Notes: generated by a model not told the origin, from the sequence alone. 64,000 nt of DNA from Ignisphaera sp. (GCA_038821645.1 JAWBDT010000005.1:26182-90181), one strand, 5' to 3'. Shown: positions 30,609-40,910, numbered from the stretch's first letter. Made by a program: numbers and translations.

Positions 30609-30871
30609 GATTTTCTTTTACGTGACCTCTTTGAAGCTTCTTTTGTTGTCTCTTGTAATGATTTAGATGAAAGAAATGAATTTAGGGCTTCATTAATAGT
30701 GATTCTATTCTGTAAAAGACCGTTCCATATTTCAGCTCTAGATAGAAATAACTCAATTTCTGATATACTTATGCTTCCTATATCAATCTCTTCCTCTCCT
30801 AAATAGTCTGCTTCTTCTTCTACTACGCTCTCTTCTTCGATTACCTCACTTGAAACCTCTTCATCGAACAT
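30605..30871 (-). CDS. rpo13: RNA polymerase subunit Rpo13-like protein
   Basis: Acidic N-tail, core ISISEIELFLSRAEIWNGLLQNRITINEA resembling Sulfolobus Rpo13, basic C-tail; start moved to ATG 30871 behind GGTGG. Confidence 0.8.
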   Translation of the reverse strand: MFDEEVSSEVIEEESVVEEEADYLGEEEIDIGSISISEIELFLSRAEIWNGLLQNRITINEALNSFLSSKSLQETTKEASKRSRKRKS

Positions 30872-30961
30872 GATTTCCACCAATTTATAAATTGCTTTAA
30901 GTATGTGATTATAACACTTGATAACATAAGTCAACATAACGAACTTTTATATCTTTCGTTC

Positions 30962-31675
30962 TTAGTACATTTCATGACTCTCTAGCCCAACCTTCTTAGA
31001 TCGTAAGGGTTTTTCACATTCTTTAGTATACCATGGAATGATTACTCCAAAAGGTGGTATTGCGGATAACAGTATTTCAACACCATGGTTTTTCGATATA
31101 CAGCTTAATCGATAGCATATTGACATAATAGTTGCATAGATCGCTACCGTAACAATGTTTACAGATATTATGTAAGAGTACAGTATATGAACACCTATAC
31201 AAATTCCTAAGATAAGTATGATTAATCCACGAGATTTAGGTTCTGAATTACATTCCCTACTTAATGATAAACAGAGATGATTATTATGACTATAAACGCA
31301 TTTGTCTGCAAGTTTCAGTAGTACATAGGACATCACAATGTATATTAACACTACTTCTATACTCCATAAATAAAGAATTAATAACATGGATTCAAATAAT
31401 AATAACGCTCTTGTATTTATTATAGATATTCGAAGTGTTTCGACAAATATTAAGATAAGTAATAGAACGGTGTACTCAATATTCATTGATAAGAATACCA
31501 GTATGTTGATAACTCTACTCCAGATACCTGTTTTGAAGAACATATCTAGTGTATTGTTAATGTAACTATTAACGATATAGGAGAAGATATAGAGTAAGCA
31601 AGGACCATATATTGCTGGATAGAAAAGCAAAAAACCATGCTTAACTTTTTCAAGGATCATACACTTAGACCTCAA
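30962..31675 (-). CDS. Hypothetical multi-pass membrane protein
   Basis: About 6-7 hydrophobic segments. Confidence 0.6.
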   Translation of the reverse strand: MRSKCMILEKVKHGFLLFYPAIYGPCLLYIFSYIVNSYINNTLDMFFKTGIWSRVINILVFLSMNIEYTVLLLILIFVETLRISIINTRALLLFESMLLILYLWSIEVVLIYIVMSYVLLKLADKCVYSHNNHLCLSLSRECNSEPKSRGLIILILGICIGVHILYSYIISVNIVTVAIYATIMSICYRLSCISKNHGVEILLSAIPPFGVIIPWYTKECEKPLRSKKVGLESHEMY

Positions 31676-31841
31676 ATTATTTCTATATAATGGTCACAAA
31701 TACTATAAAACCATCTGTATCTTAGTAATCCATACAGGAGATAATAAGGAAATTAGCTTATTATCCGTATATCGTATCGTGAAAGTAGGTAAATATATTA
31801 GTGACAATGCTTACGTTATCTAGTATGAGAGATGATAGAAT

Positions 31842-34721
31842 ATGATGGAAGTTCTAGGAGAAGATGACATTAAACGATTATTAAATGCTGTGGGATTCTA
31901 TTCTCCAACTCTTGTTCAAAAAATTGCAATACCAAGGATACTGAGTCACGAACTAGACATAATAATAGTTGCTCCTACAGGTAGTGGTAAGACTGAAGCT
32001 GCTATTTTGCCCCTTATGTATAAATTAACATTAAAAGGTGTAAATAATAATAGTGGTGTTAAAATACTCTATATAACTCCTCTGAGAGCTCTAAATAGAG
32101 ATATATATCGTAGAATTGAACGAATTGCATCAATCTTTAAGTTAAATGTAGATGTATGGCATGGCGATACCTCTCCAAGTGCTAGAAAAAGAGTCCTAAA
32201 GAACCCTCCTAATATCTTGATTACTACTCCAGAAAGTCTTCAAATATTGTTAATTAAGGAAAGAATGCGAGATAGCTTCCGTAGCTTATATGCTGTTGTA
32301 GTAGACGAAGCACAAGATATTTTACCAAATGAACGAGGAACAGAACTTGTTGTAGCTCTTGAGAGACTCGATGAAATTGTCGGTAGACATGTGAGGAGAT
32401 TGCTTATTTCTTCACCATTAGGTAATGTAGATTCCATTGCTCATTATTTTTTCTCGGGCAGAAGATATGATGTGGTGTATGTTAAAGGTTCTAAGGAATA
32501 TGACATAGAGGTATTGGTTTCAGATAACTCGTACAATGATGGAGAATTTGATGTCGATAATGTTGTAGCATTCCTATGCAACAACATCTTAGGTAATGAA
32601 GCTCCGAGACAAGTTCTCTTGTTTGCCAATACGCGTGTCACAGCAGAAGAACTTGGCTACAGTCTATCTAAATGCTTAGATAAGGATGTTATAGCCTTGC
32701 ATCATAGTTCCTTATCTAGAGATATAAGAGAATTGGTTGAAGAGATGTTCAAGAAAGGAGACTTACGTATTGTTGTTGCTACATCTAGTCTCGAACTAGG
32801 TATAGATGTGGGTGGCGTAGATATGGTTATACAGTACATGTCTCCTAGACAAGCATTAAAGCTTGTACAAAGAGTTGGTAGAGCTGGACATCGAGAACAA
32901 GCTGTATCTAAGGGAGTTATAGTAGTTCCACCACTTGTTACAGAGTTAATGGAATCCCTAATTATAGCTCGTAGAGCCATGAGGGGCTTCCTAGAACGTT
33001 TAAACTATCATATAGCACCACTTGACGTACTTGCTCATCAAATAGTTGGTATAATTCTAGAGAGGGGACATGCTAATATAGAGGAGATATGGAGAATTAT
33101 CACAAAAGCTACTCCGTTCAACTCTATAACATTATCACAGATCGAAGCTGTAGTAGATTTTCTCAATACGATTGGTATAATCAAGTGTGAAAATAGAGAA
33201 TGTATGTACACTAAAAGAGGACTTATATACTATGTATCAACAAATATGATTCCTGACACTAATCACTATGAAGCTAAATCTCTCCTAGATAGGAAGACTG
33301 TGGGATTTCTTGATGAAGAATTTGTATTAACTTGCAATGAGGATGATGTTATTGTTTTAGCCGGTAAGTTATGGAGAGTAGTTGGAGTTGATGTAGAGAA
33401 TAGAGAGGTAGTAGTTTTACCTATAGAATCGTCTGATCAAGAGATTCTACCTAAATGGGTCGGAGAAACTATTCCGGTTCATAGAAATGTTGCACGTGAA
33501 GTCTGTGCCTTTGCTAGAAGATTTTGTACTTGTGATACCGATATTTGTGTAGATAGATTAATGGATGAGTATAGAGCTAGTGAGATTGTAAGGGAATTTT
33601 TTAAAAAGAATAGAGAAAAGATTTGCCGAATATACCCTAGGGATGACACTATTGTTGTAGAAGTATTTCGTATGCAAAGAGAGAATAAATCATTACTCGC
33701 CTTCTACACATGTCTAGGTACGAAAGCTTCTGAAGCATTCTCCATATTGCTAGAGTATCTAGTAAAGTATGAATTAGGTGTATCAGTAGCATATAAGTCA
33801 CATCAGTTGGGTACTGTTCTATTCGTCAATAGTTTACTCAGTAAGAATGACTTAATCAAGATTTTTAAGAAACTTCATCAAATAGCTAGAGCTCCTGATG
33901 AAGTAACAGAAATCATTAAAAATGTGGTTAAGAATAGTTCTTTATTTAAATGGAGATTAGTAAGTGTTGCCAAGAAACTAGGTATCATAGGTAAGGAAGT
34001 TGAGGCAATTAACGTGAAAAGAATTATTGAAGGTTTATCTAATATCGATATCGTTGTTTCAGAAGCTTTGAGGGAACTCTATTTAGATAAAATCGATATA
34101 GATGAACTTCTAAGATTTCTTCAAAATATTGCTAAGGGTAAAATCAAAGTCAAAATAATCATTTCTTCAAAGGCATCACCATTTATTGAAGAAATTGCTG
34201 CATTAAGTGTGTTTAGAACCTTAGTTAAATATTCAATACTTCCTCGCGAAACTATGATTGAAATTGTTAAGAGAAGACTTCTTGAAACTGAAATCAAATT
34301 GTTCTGCACCTCTTGTTACAATACATGGAGTATAAACTTGAAAGAAAGGCTAAGTTCGTGTAGTTCGTTATTCTCTTGCTCTATAGTATGTCCTTATTGT
34401 GGATCCATGGCTATAACGTTAGTTAATCAAGCCGATGAAACACGCTTACTCAAGAAAGTATTTGAAAAACTCAGGAGAAGTAGTTATGAAGATGTCAAGT
34501 TTCTACAAATAGAGAAAGAGATTTTAGATAAACATCGAAAACTAGTAGATTTTATTATGAGTCATGGGGTAGCAGGAGTTATAGCGCTTCAAGGTATTGG
34601 TATAGGTATTGAAGCTGCGAAACGTATTATAGCTAAGTCTTCAGATCTTGATACACTAATAATGAATATCATAGATCAGGAAAAAACATTCTTAAGGACT
34701 GCAAGATATTGGAGGAAATAA
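31842..34721 (+). CDS. lhr: Lhr-family SF2 helicase
   Basis: APTGSGKT, YITPLRALNRD, HGDT, ITTPESL, ATSSLELGIDVG, QRVGRAGH, PLDVLAHQI, PKWVGE; C-terminal CxxC...CxxC and HhH-like end. Confidence 0.92.
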   Translation: MMEVLGEDDIKRLLNAVGFYSPTLVQKIAIPRILSHELDIIIVAPTGSGKTEAAILPLMYKLTLKGVNNNSGVKILYITPLRALNRDIYRRIERIASIFKLNVDVWHGDTSPSARKRVLKNPPNILITTPESLQILLIKERMRDSFRSLYAVVVDEAQDILPNERGTELVVALERLDEIVGRHVRRLLISSPLGNVDSIAHYFFSGRRYDVVYVKGSKEYDIEVLVSDNSYNDGEFDVDNVVAFLCNNILGNEAPRQVLLFANTRVTAEELGYSLSKCLDKDVIALHHSSLSRDIRELVEEMFKKGDLRIVVATSSLELGIDVGGVDMVIQYMSPRQALKLVQRVGRAGHREQAVSKGVIVVPPLVTELMESLIIARRAMRGFLERLNYHIAPLDVLAHQIVGIILERGHANIEEIWRIITKATPFNSITLSQIEAVVDFLNTIGIIKCENRECMYTKRGLIYYVSTNMIPDTNHYEAKSLLDRKTVGFLDEEFVLTCNEDDVIVLAGKLWRVVGVDVENREVVVLPIESSDQEILPKWVGETIPVHRNVAREVCAFARRFCTCDTDICVDRLMDEYRASEIVREFFKKNREKICRIYPRDDTIVVEVFRMQRENKSLLAFYTCLGTKASEAFSILLEYLVKYELGVSVAYKSHQLGTVLFVNSLLSKNDLIKIFKKLHQIARAPDEVTEIIKNVVKNSSLFKWRLVSVAKKLGIIGKEVEAINVKRIIEGLSNIDIVVSEALRELYLDKIDIDELLRFLQNIAKGKIKVKIIISSKASPFIEEIAALSVFRTLVKYSILPRETMIEIVKRRLLETEIKLFCTSCYNTWSINLKERLSSCSSLFSCSIVCPYCGSMAITLVNQADETRLLKKVFEKLRRSSYEDVKFLQIEKEILDKHRKLVDFIMSHGVAGVIALQGIGIGIEAAKRIIAKSSDLDTLIMNIIDQEKTFLRTARYWRK

Positions 34722-34801
34722 AATAATCATTAATGCCATCGAGATTCTCTACATCATTCATCAGATTACAGTATAATTACACTTTATATACTGATTAAAT
34801 A

Positions 34802-35086
34802 TTGTGGGAGACAATGGATATAGTACAATTAATTAGAGATTTAATAGGAAAAGTAGTTATAATTTCATGGATGTTGTTTCTACTAACGTGGATAATTGGA
34901 TGGGCTATCAAGGGATCTCCCATCCCTTCAAGTAAGATTAGGAGAGTGGGACAAGGTTTAATAGAGGACGCTATTTGGGGCGCCTTTTGGGTTGCTATTG
35001 GAACCTCTATCTTTTGGTTAATATCGTACATATCTTCAGCTATCGGAAATGTACTACCAAAGCCACCTGTACCTGAACTACCTTAA
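34802..35086 (+). CDS. cedA1: Crenarchaeal DNA-import pilin CedA1
   Basis: WIIGWAIKGSPIP...GQGLIEDAIWGAFWVAIG two-helix signature; likely start at ATG (MDIVQ). Confidence 0.88.
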   Translation: MWETMDIVQLIRDLIGKVVIISWMLFLLTWIIGWAIKGSPIPSSKIRRVGQGLIEDAIWGAFWVAIGTSIFWLISYISSAIGNVLPKPPVPELP

Positions 35087-35104
35087 CATTAGTCAGGTGC
35101 TACA

Positions 35105-36487
35105 ATGCATCTACTTTTAACATCATTTTATTTATCGATTCTAACATTCTATCTAGGTGTTTTTATCTATGCACTACCTATACCCATAACTGGCCTTAAG
35201 AGGTGGGGCCCTAGATTAATAAATGATGCATTCTTTATAGCCATTCTTTCTACAACTATAGATAGTATCATAGGTTTTGCTGACTACTTAAGACATACTT
35301 TAGGAGGTAATTGGACATATTATATACACGCCGTTAGGGGTTTAATAATGTATAGAACAACCCTCATAACTGTTTTAAGTATACTGAAAGACTACATATT
35401 AAAGGTTGTTCCAGGTGTATCAAGACTTCTATCAATAGGTATAAACATCCTTACAGCATCACTATATGCATTACTACTCATGTACTTTCTCGCTTTACTG
35501 GTTTATTATAACATTGGGGTACTCTCATCTTTGGGTATAACATTAATGGCTATACCATTCAGAATAGCTAGGAGTGCAGGTGCATTTCTTCTATCATTTA
35601 CACTTGTGCTCTATTTAGCTTTACCCTTGTATCCAAATTTCGTGTCAATTCTTTCTGTACCACTTTCACATTCATTTCTAGATGTTACAGTAATATATGG
35701 TAATATTGTTACCGATTTAGGCTATAGAGTTCTAGAAGGATATGTAGGTCTTGAAGTAGAGAATAAATATATAGGTCCAGCAAAACTTGCACCTAACGGA
35801 CATATGCTCCTAATAGTTAATAAAAAGTATCTAGACAAACCATCAACATTATATTTTGATGCATCTAGTCATAGATTCTATACAAACTTAACAAACATCA
35901 TTCTATCAAATTTATGTCTAAATCGATCTACACTAAATATGTGTAGAATAGATGTAGCAGTTAAAGGATTACTCTACTACAGAAAAGGTATGACTATACA
36001 TATGACACCTCAACCACAATTCTTAGAAATATTGGAGATAGAGAGCAACTCTATCTCTTTTAAGGTTAAGCTTCAATCAAATGGAAGTCTCTACCTCTCT
36101 ATAGTAAATCAATACAAAATAAATCTAATATCTATAAACAATACCATCAATATAGATGATTTAGCAAAATATAGAGCCTATGGTTGGATATGGTATAACG
36201 TTCCAGGAAATACATATGTAATTCCACTAACACCAGGGATCTATACCATACATCTAAAGTTTGAAGTAAGTTCCTTAGAAGGACTAGAACCATCTACAGA
36301 TCATTTGTATCCTATCAATATATATGAACTACAGTCAGAGACCGTAGGCGATATTATGGATATACTCACCTATACTTCATATGTAGAAGTTATCTCATCT
36401 CTACTATATCTTTCGTTACTCATGTCAACATCTTATGGTTTATCGAAACTACTAGGTAGTACTACAAGACTTAGGCTGATACCATGA
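35105..36487 (+). CDS. cedA: Crenarchaeal DNA-import membrane protein CedA (long form with extracellular domain)
   Basis: GVFIYALPIP.GLKRWGPRLINDA, LMAIPFRIARSAGAFL and C-terminal TM; follows cedA1. Confidence 0.85.
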   Translation: MHLLLTSFYLSILTFYLGVFIYALPIPITGLKRWGPRLINDAFFIAILSTTIDSIIGFADYLRHTLGGNWTYYIHAVRGLIMYRTTLITVLSILKDYILKVVPGVSRLLSIGINILTASLYALLLMYFLALLVYYNIGVLSSLGITLMAIPFRIARSAGAFLLSFTLVLYLALPLYPNFVSILSVPLSHSFLDVTVIYGNIVTDLGYRVLEGYVGLEVENKYIGPAKLAPNGHMLLIVNKKYLDKPSTLYFDASSHRFYTNLTNIILSNLCLNRSTLNMCRIDVAVKGLLYYRKGMTIHMTPQPQFLEILEIESNSISFKVKLQSNGSLYLSIVNQYKINLISINNTINIDDLAKYRAYGWIWYNVPGNTYVIPLTPGIYTIHLKFEVSSLEGLEPSTDHLYPINIYELQSETVGDIMDILTYTSYVEVISSLLYLSLLMSTSYGLSKLLGSTTRLRLIP

Positions 36488-36654
36488 TACTAAATGAACT
36501 TCGCAACAAAATAATACTATTCAACTTAGTAATGATTATTCTATTTGTTATGATTATGATTAAATATAACGAAGACTTCAACCTAATTAACCTTATTCTA
36601 TTATTAGGAGTATCAATATCATCCTACATACTTTTAGAAAAATACAGAAAATAG
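36484..36654 (+). CDS. Small 2-TM protein (56 aa), CedA2 candidate
   Basis: Not in ORF track. ATGA overlap with cedA stop; MILNELRNKIILFNLVMIILFVMIMIKYNEDFNLINLILLLGVSISSYILLEKYRK. Confidence 0.6.
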   Translation: MILNELRNKIILFNLVMIILFVMIMIKYNEDFNLINLILLLGVSISSYILLEKYRK

Positions 36655-36797
36655 TAATCTGATTTTTATTGTATAGAACAAACTTCTTAGCCATGAACAT
36701 TTAAACTTAATAACTAAGTAATTCGAATTCTATAACAAACCTGGTAATACATAATTCAAATACTAAAATCCGTAGTATACTCTGTGATTAAAGTTAG

Positions 36798-36847
36798 TTG
36801 ATGAATCTACCCGAAATCTGATGCATGATGAATTTGCCAAGTTCTGA
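36798..36847 (+). ncRNA. Box C/D guide sRNA
   Basis: C TTGATGA, guide ATCTACCCGAAAT, D' CTGA, C' ATGATGA, guide ATTTGCCAAGTT, D CTGA. Confidence 0.8.
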
Positions 36848-37230
36848 AACGTAATGCAACTGTTTCAGGGTTCATAATGATTTATAAGGGTTGATATATG
36901 TTGCTTTATCGTGAATTGAACCTATTCCCAAGGCAAATGGGCAACAAAAATTCAAGTAGATGGGTATCCAATATCAGGATGTGATATTTCCCTACAACTA
37001 TGAATTCAATGGAGATGTGGTGTAGATTTAAGGTTGCTCCAAATGAGTGGAGATCAACGACATAGACTTCAATGAAACACGCTCGAAGCTCATGAAAACA
37101 AGGATCAATATTAGATTACATCAACTACATGAAATCTAAACCTCTATTAGTTAATAACTGAAACAGTTATTAGTTTTAGTATACGATAACGCTATCTTGA
37201 TGATCATTATGTAACAAGGGTGTATTATCT

Positions 37231-37512
37231 ATGTATATCCAAAACATTAAGAGAGAGAAATATATTAATATATTTGTTTTACTTAAAGAGAGTGAGAACC
37301 TTAAAGATTTGATTAGGATCATAGATAGTATTTGCATACCTAAGTTATGTAAATATGATATAAAGAAGAGCTTTATAGATAACTTCATCTACATAAAGGT
37401 ATATAGCGTTGCTTCACCATTGAAAGACTTTAAGCAAGAGGTAGAGAAGGCACTAGAGAAACTTAAGGACTATATATCGTGGATGAAAGTAGAGGTTATT
37501 GAAGTTAAATAG
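37231..37512 (+). CDS. Hypothetical small alpha/beta protein
   Basis: 93-codon ORF with GGGTG RBS and amphipathic pattern. Confidence 0.55.
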   Translation: MYIQNIKREKYINIFVLLKESENLKDLIRIIDSICIPKLCKYDIKKSFIDNFIYIKVYSVASPLKDFKQEVEKALEKLKDYISWMKVEVIEVK

Positions 37513-37803
37513 GCTTTCTACAAATTTGTATTCAATTATGAGAAAGACTGATATTAGTCTTGTCCATAGGAACTAATGAACTTTTTCTATATTCAGCTAT
37601 TATTCTCTACTATCCCCACAATTAATATATTGAAGGTTAACTTCATAAAACATACAATAGTATTTTGTTGATCATAAAATTATCCACATTGAGTCATATA
37701 TCTGACATCACTCTTGAGGTAGTAATAACGAGAGAAGCTATATAATTTAGCATGAAAGCTCTATGGATATCAAATATTCATGATATCAGGGGTAGCAACT
37801 ATA

Positions 37804-38184
37804 CTATTCCTCTACTTCATAGTTTCTTAAAACAATCCTCTTTTCTACACGTTTAGGCTTCAATGATGATGCTATAAAGTTGAATGCTTTTTCTGGATCT
37901 GTATGAGTGCCACAACTATATACATCAACTGTAGCAAACGAATATTCAGGCCATGTATGAATAGATATGTGACTCTCTAGCACAATACCAAACACACTAA
38001 CACCAAATCCTATTTTCCAGGATTTTATATCAAGTAATGTCATGTTACCAACAATTGCTGCTTCTCTTACTAGGTTTACTAAAAACAGTACATCATTTAA
38101 CTTATTTTCTTCACATTCGTAAAGATCTCCTACAATATGTTTTCCATATACTAACACCTTTTTTGTTAGTAATGAGGTCCCCAT
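37804..38184 (-). CDS. speD: Pyruvoyl-dependent S-adenosylmethionine (or paralogous arginine) decarboxylase
   Basis: [28 protein letters not shown]; crenarchaea have an ArgDC paralogue, so substrate is uncertain. Confidence 0.88.
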   Translation of the reverse strand: MGTSLLTKKVLVYGKHIVGDLYECEENKLNDVLFLVNLVREAAIVGNMTLLDIKSWKIGFGVSVFGIVLESHISIHTWPEYSFATVDVYSCGTHTDPEKAFNFIASSLKPKRVEKRIVLRNYEVEE

Positions 38185-38425
38185 TTTGGTTCTAGAGAGA
38201 TTTGGTGTATACTATTTATAAGTATTTCTGTAATCAATTAATTGACTAGACTAAAAAACCCTATATAAACTTGTTAAACAGTTACGTGAGTGAAAATCCT
38301 CTACCTTAAAAATCGTTATCCATATCTACTCACTAACACATCTCAATTAACAACTATTTTGATTGATATTTAATAAGTAGCCACCATATATCGATATATC
38401 TAGATTAGGAAGGTTTGAAGACACT

Positions 38426-38731
38426 ATGAGCAAATATGAACTAATAGATAAGATATCTAAGTATCTTAGCAAAGACCTTTTACAAATTATTCAAGGTCTC
38501 GAAGAAGATGAGAAAAAAGTGCTTGAATACTTTCTCCAAAATGTATCCGTAGGTGCTATTATCTCTATAAGGGAGCTGAAGGCTTTGTATAAAGTAGACG
38601 ATCCTAAATCAGTAATAAGGAAGCTTATAGATAAAGGTCTTATTGAACAAGGTTATGGATGCTACAATTTGTCTAAACCGTTGCGTGAAGCATTATTTAT
38701 GCTCATTACCTCATCAAGTAAAAGAACTTAA
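38426..38731 (+). CDS. PolB1-binding protein PBP2 family (winged helix)
   Basis: EYFLQNVSVGAIISIRELK...DPKSVIRKLIDKGLIEQGYGCYNL matches the PBP2 pattern as I recall it. Confidence 0.75.
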   Translation: MSKYELIDKISKYLSKDLLQIIQGLEEDEKKVLEYFLQNVSVGAIISIRELKALYKVDDPKSVIRKLIDKGLIEQGYGCYNLSKPLREALFMLITSSSKRT

Positions 38732-38837
38732 AAGTATAAGATGTATAGTGCCGAACATTATCTAACAAATTATAGAGTTGTTACAGAATTTAATTTAGAG
38801 AAATGATGCTGTATATAGACTGATGATATGATAAAAA

Positions 38838-39143
38838 CTACTGAAGCATTTTCGATATGGATTTAATGATACTATTTAATTCATCTATAACACATCTATC
38901 GATACATTCTCCATAACATTTCTTGATCCTCTTGCCGTTACCATCTCTACAATTGAAATCACATTCTTTTTCACATGTATCAGAATCTATTTCGAGTATT
39001 GTATATCCATTTAGTCTACGTACACGGAATAACTGCAATAGTCCAGAATCTTTTAACACATCTACTATCTCTGTATTTTTAGAATCCAATATAGCGAATC
39101 CAAAGAGTTTTAATGTATTCAAAAATCTGGTTAATTTGTCCAT
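38838..39143 (-). CDS. Hypothetical protein with twin Cx3Cx3C motif
   Basis: CEKECDFNC-x10-CYGECIDRC; GGTG RBS. Confidence 0.7.
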   Translation of the reverse strand: MDKLTRFLNTLKLFGFAILDSKNTEIVDVLKDSGLLQLFRVRRLNGYTILEIDSDTCEKECDFNCRDGNGKRIKKCYGECIDRCVIDELNSIIKSISKMLQ

Positions 39144-39325
39144 AAATTTTGCACCATGTACCAGTAATTTAGATTAGCGTGTGTGCCTTAAGCCTTTATG
39201 CTGTTTCATTGGTTCATAGACTATGTCTAGATCACGTAATTATCTACATGATCTATTTTAGGTCTTTGTGTTTATGGTTCTATAACTAATGGTATTCATG
39301 AATGTTTTATATGTACTGTCGTTGT

Positions 39326-39613
39326 TCATATATTCAATGATTTTACTATATTATCATCAGATCCTACCCTCAAAATCGAGTCTACCTGTACAATCTTTAT
39401 ATCACTTGTTTCAACATTAATACATATCATTTGTGTAGCTATATCTTTCATAGGTATTCTTGTAATACCTTCTATGTTAATTAACTCGATCCCACAGTAT
39501 TTTTCGTCATGTATGTTTCTTCCCTCATGGTTATATGTCTTTACATGCACACATCTAGATTTATAATCAATACATATTTGGCTAACAATCCCCATATTCA
39601 TATCTATTACCAT
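39326..39613 (-). CDS. Hypothetical protein
   Basis: 95-codon beta-rich ORF, no strong motif. Confidence 0.55.
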   Translation of the reverse strand: MVIDMNMGIVSQICIDYKSRCVHVKTYNHEGRNIHDEKYCGIELINIEGITRIPMKDIATQMICINVETSDIKIVQVDSILRVGSDDNIVKSLNI

Positions 39614-39759
39614 TATACAAAAATTTATGTCTATCTATTGAGTTAATCTTGATTGCAATCTAGATATGCAGTAAGCTAACAATATATAAGCGTTACAGTA
39701 ACAGTTAGTAGAATTCAGTAGTAGCTAATAAGGCTAGGATCATAGAGAATATATAGGGT

Positions 39760-40260
39760 GTGAGCCGAATGACACAAATCAAACTAGAGGTAATAGATAT
39801 CCCTATACCTTCTGGATGTAATGTTATTATAGGACAGAGTCATTTTATAAAAACTGTCGAAGATATCTACGAAACTCTTGTGACATCTGTTCCCAATATA
39901 AGATTCGGATTGGCTTTTAATGAGGCTAGTGGTAAGAGATTGGTGAGATACGAAGGTAATGATGAAGAGCTTGTTAAGCTTGCAATAGATGTAGCTAAGA
40001 AGATTGGTGCAGGACATGTTTTTATACTCTATATAAAGAATGCATGGCCTATAAATGTATTAAATGCTCTTAAGAATATACAAGAAGTTGTGAGGATATA
40101 TGTTGCTACAGCTAATCCTCTTCAAGTAATTATAGCCGAAACAAATCAGGGTAGAGGCATTATAGGTGTAGTAGATGGATATCCACCTCTAGGTATCGAA
40201 AATGAGGAAGATAAGAAAGAGCGACATCAATTCTTAAGAAAGATAGGGTATAAAAAATGA
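39760..40260 (+). CDS. Adenosine-specific kinase / DUF355 (PAE2307-like) family
   Basis: [39 protein letters not shown]. Confidence 0.9.
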   Translation: MSRMTQIKLEVIDIPIPSGCNVIIGQSHFIKTVEDIYETLVTSVPNIRFGLAFNEASGKRLVRYEGNDEELVKLAIDVAKKIGAGHVFILYIKNAWPINVLNALKNIQEVVRIYVATANPLQVIIAETNQGRGIIGVVDGYPPLGIENEEDKKERHQFLRKIGYKK

Positions 40261-40910
40261 GTAGAAATAATAACGATACGATAGTAATTGAATATTATAA
40301 ACCTTACGATATAGAGATACCAGATGTGTGTATTATAACATTATATAAAAAAGATAGTGTAGAAACTATAGTACAGTCTAAGGATTTTGCATCAAATTTG
40401 GTAAGTGACGAAGATCTATTTTTATCATGGCTTTCAAGCTTAAGTTCATCAAAAGGTTATCCATTAGTAAGAGCTATGGTAAAACTTAATGGTATTGGTT
40501 ATGAAGCTATATATACATCAACTAGATCTAATAATGTTCTGAATTTCCCATATATATCGCAAGTGAAACGTGTATACCTATTTACACAATTGAAACCTCA
40601 AGAACTTCAGTCAGAAACAGGTGAAATAATTCTAAAGCCTAATCAAAACAATGTCTCTATCCTTTCTCATGATCTTTCACATAATGAGCTCTATATATTC
40701 TATAGCCCAATAAGAATATTAAATCAATCAAAAATAGCTGCACTAGCAATAGAAGTTAATGAAGGTATTTTCTATGTTAAAGTAGAAGAATTTATATCAA
40801 AAAGCATATCATCAAGAAGTAGAAGGAAATCTACTAAAAGTAAAAGTAGTAGAAAAAAGAAGAAGAAAAGAAGAAGAAAGATACGTAAAGTGAAAAACTC
40901 TTTATCTTAG
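40257..40910 (+). CDS. Hypothetical protein with long Lys/Arg/Ser-rich C-terminal tail
   Basis: ATGA-coupled to upstream gene; tail [26 protein letters not shown]. Confidence 0.7.
   Translation: MSRNNNDTIVIEYYKPYDIEIPDVCIITLYKKDSVETIVQSKDFASNLVSDEDLFLSWLSSLSSSKGYPLVRAMVKLNGIGYEAIYTSTRSNNVLNFPYISQVKRVYLFTQLKPQELQSETGEIILKPNQNNVSILSHDLSHNELYIFYSPIRILNQSKIAALAIEVNEGIFYVKVEEFISKSISSRSRRKSTKSKSSRKKKKKRRRKIRKVKNSLS

Noticed and set aside
38804-38844. ATGATGC...CTGA...ATGATAA...CTGA, C/D-like
   Set aside because: Degenerate C boxes and a second guide only ~6 nt long.
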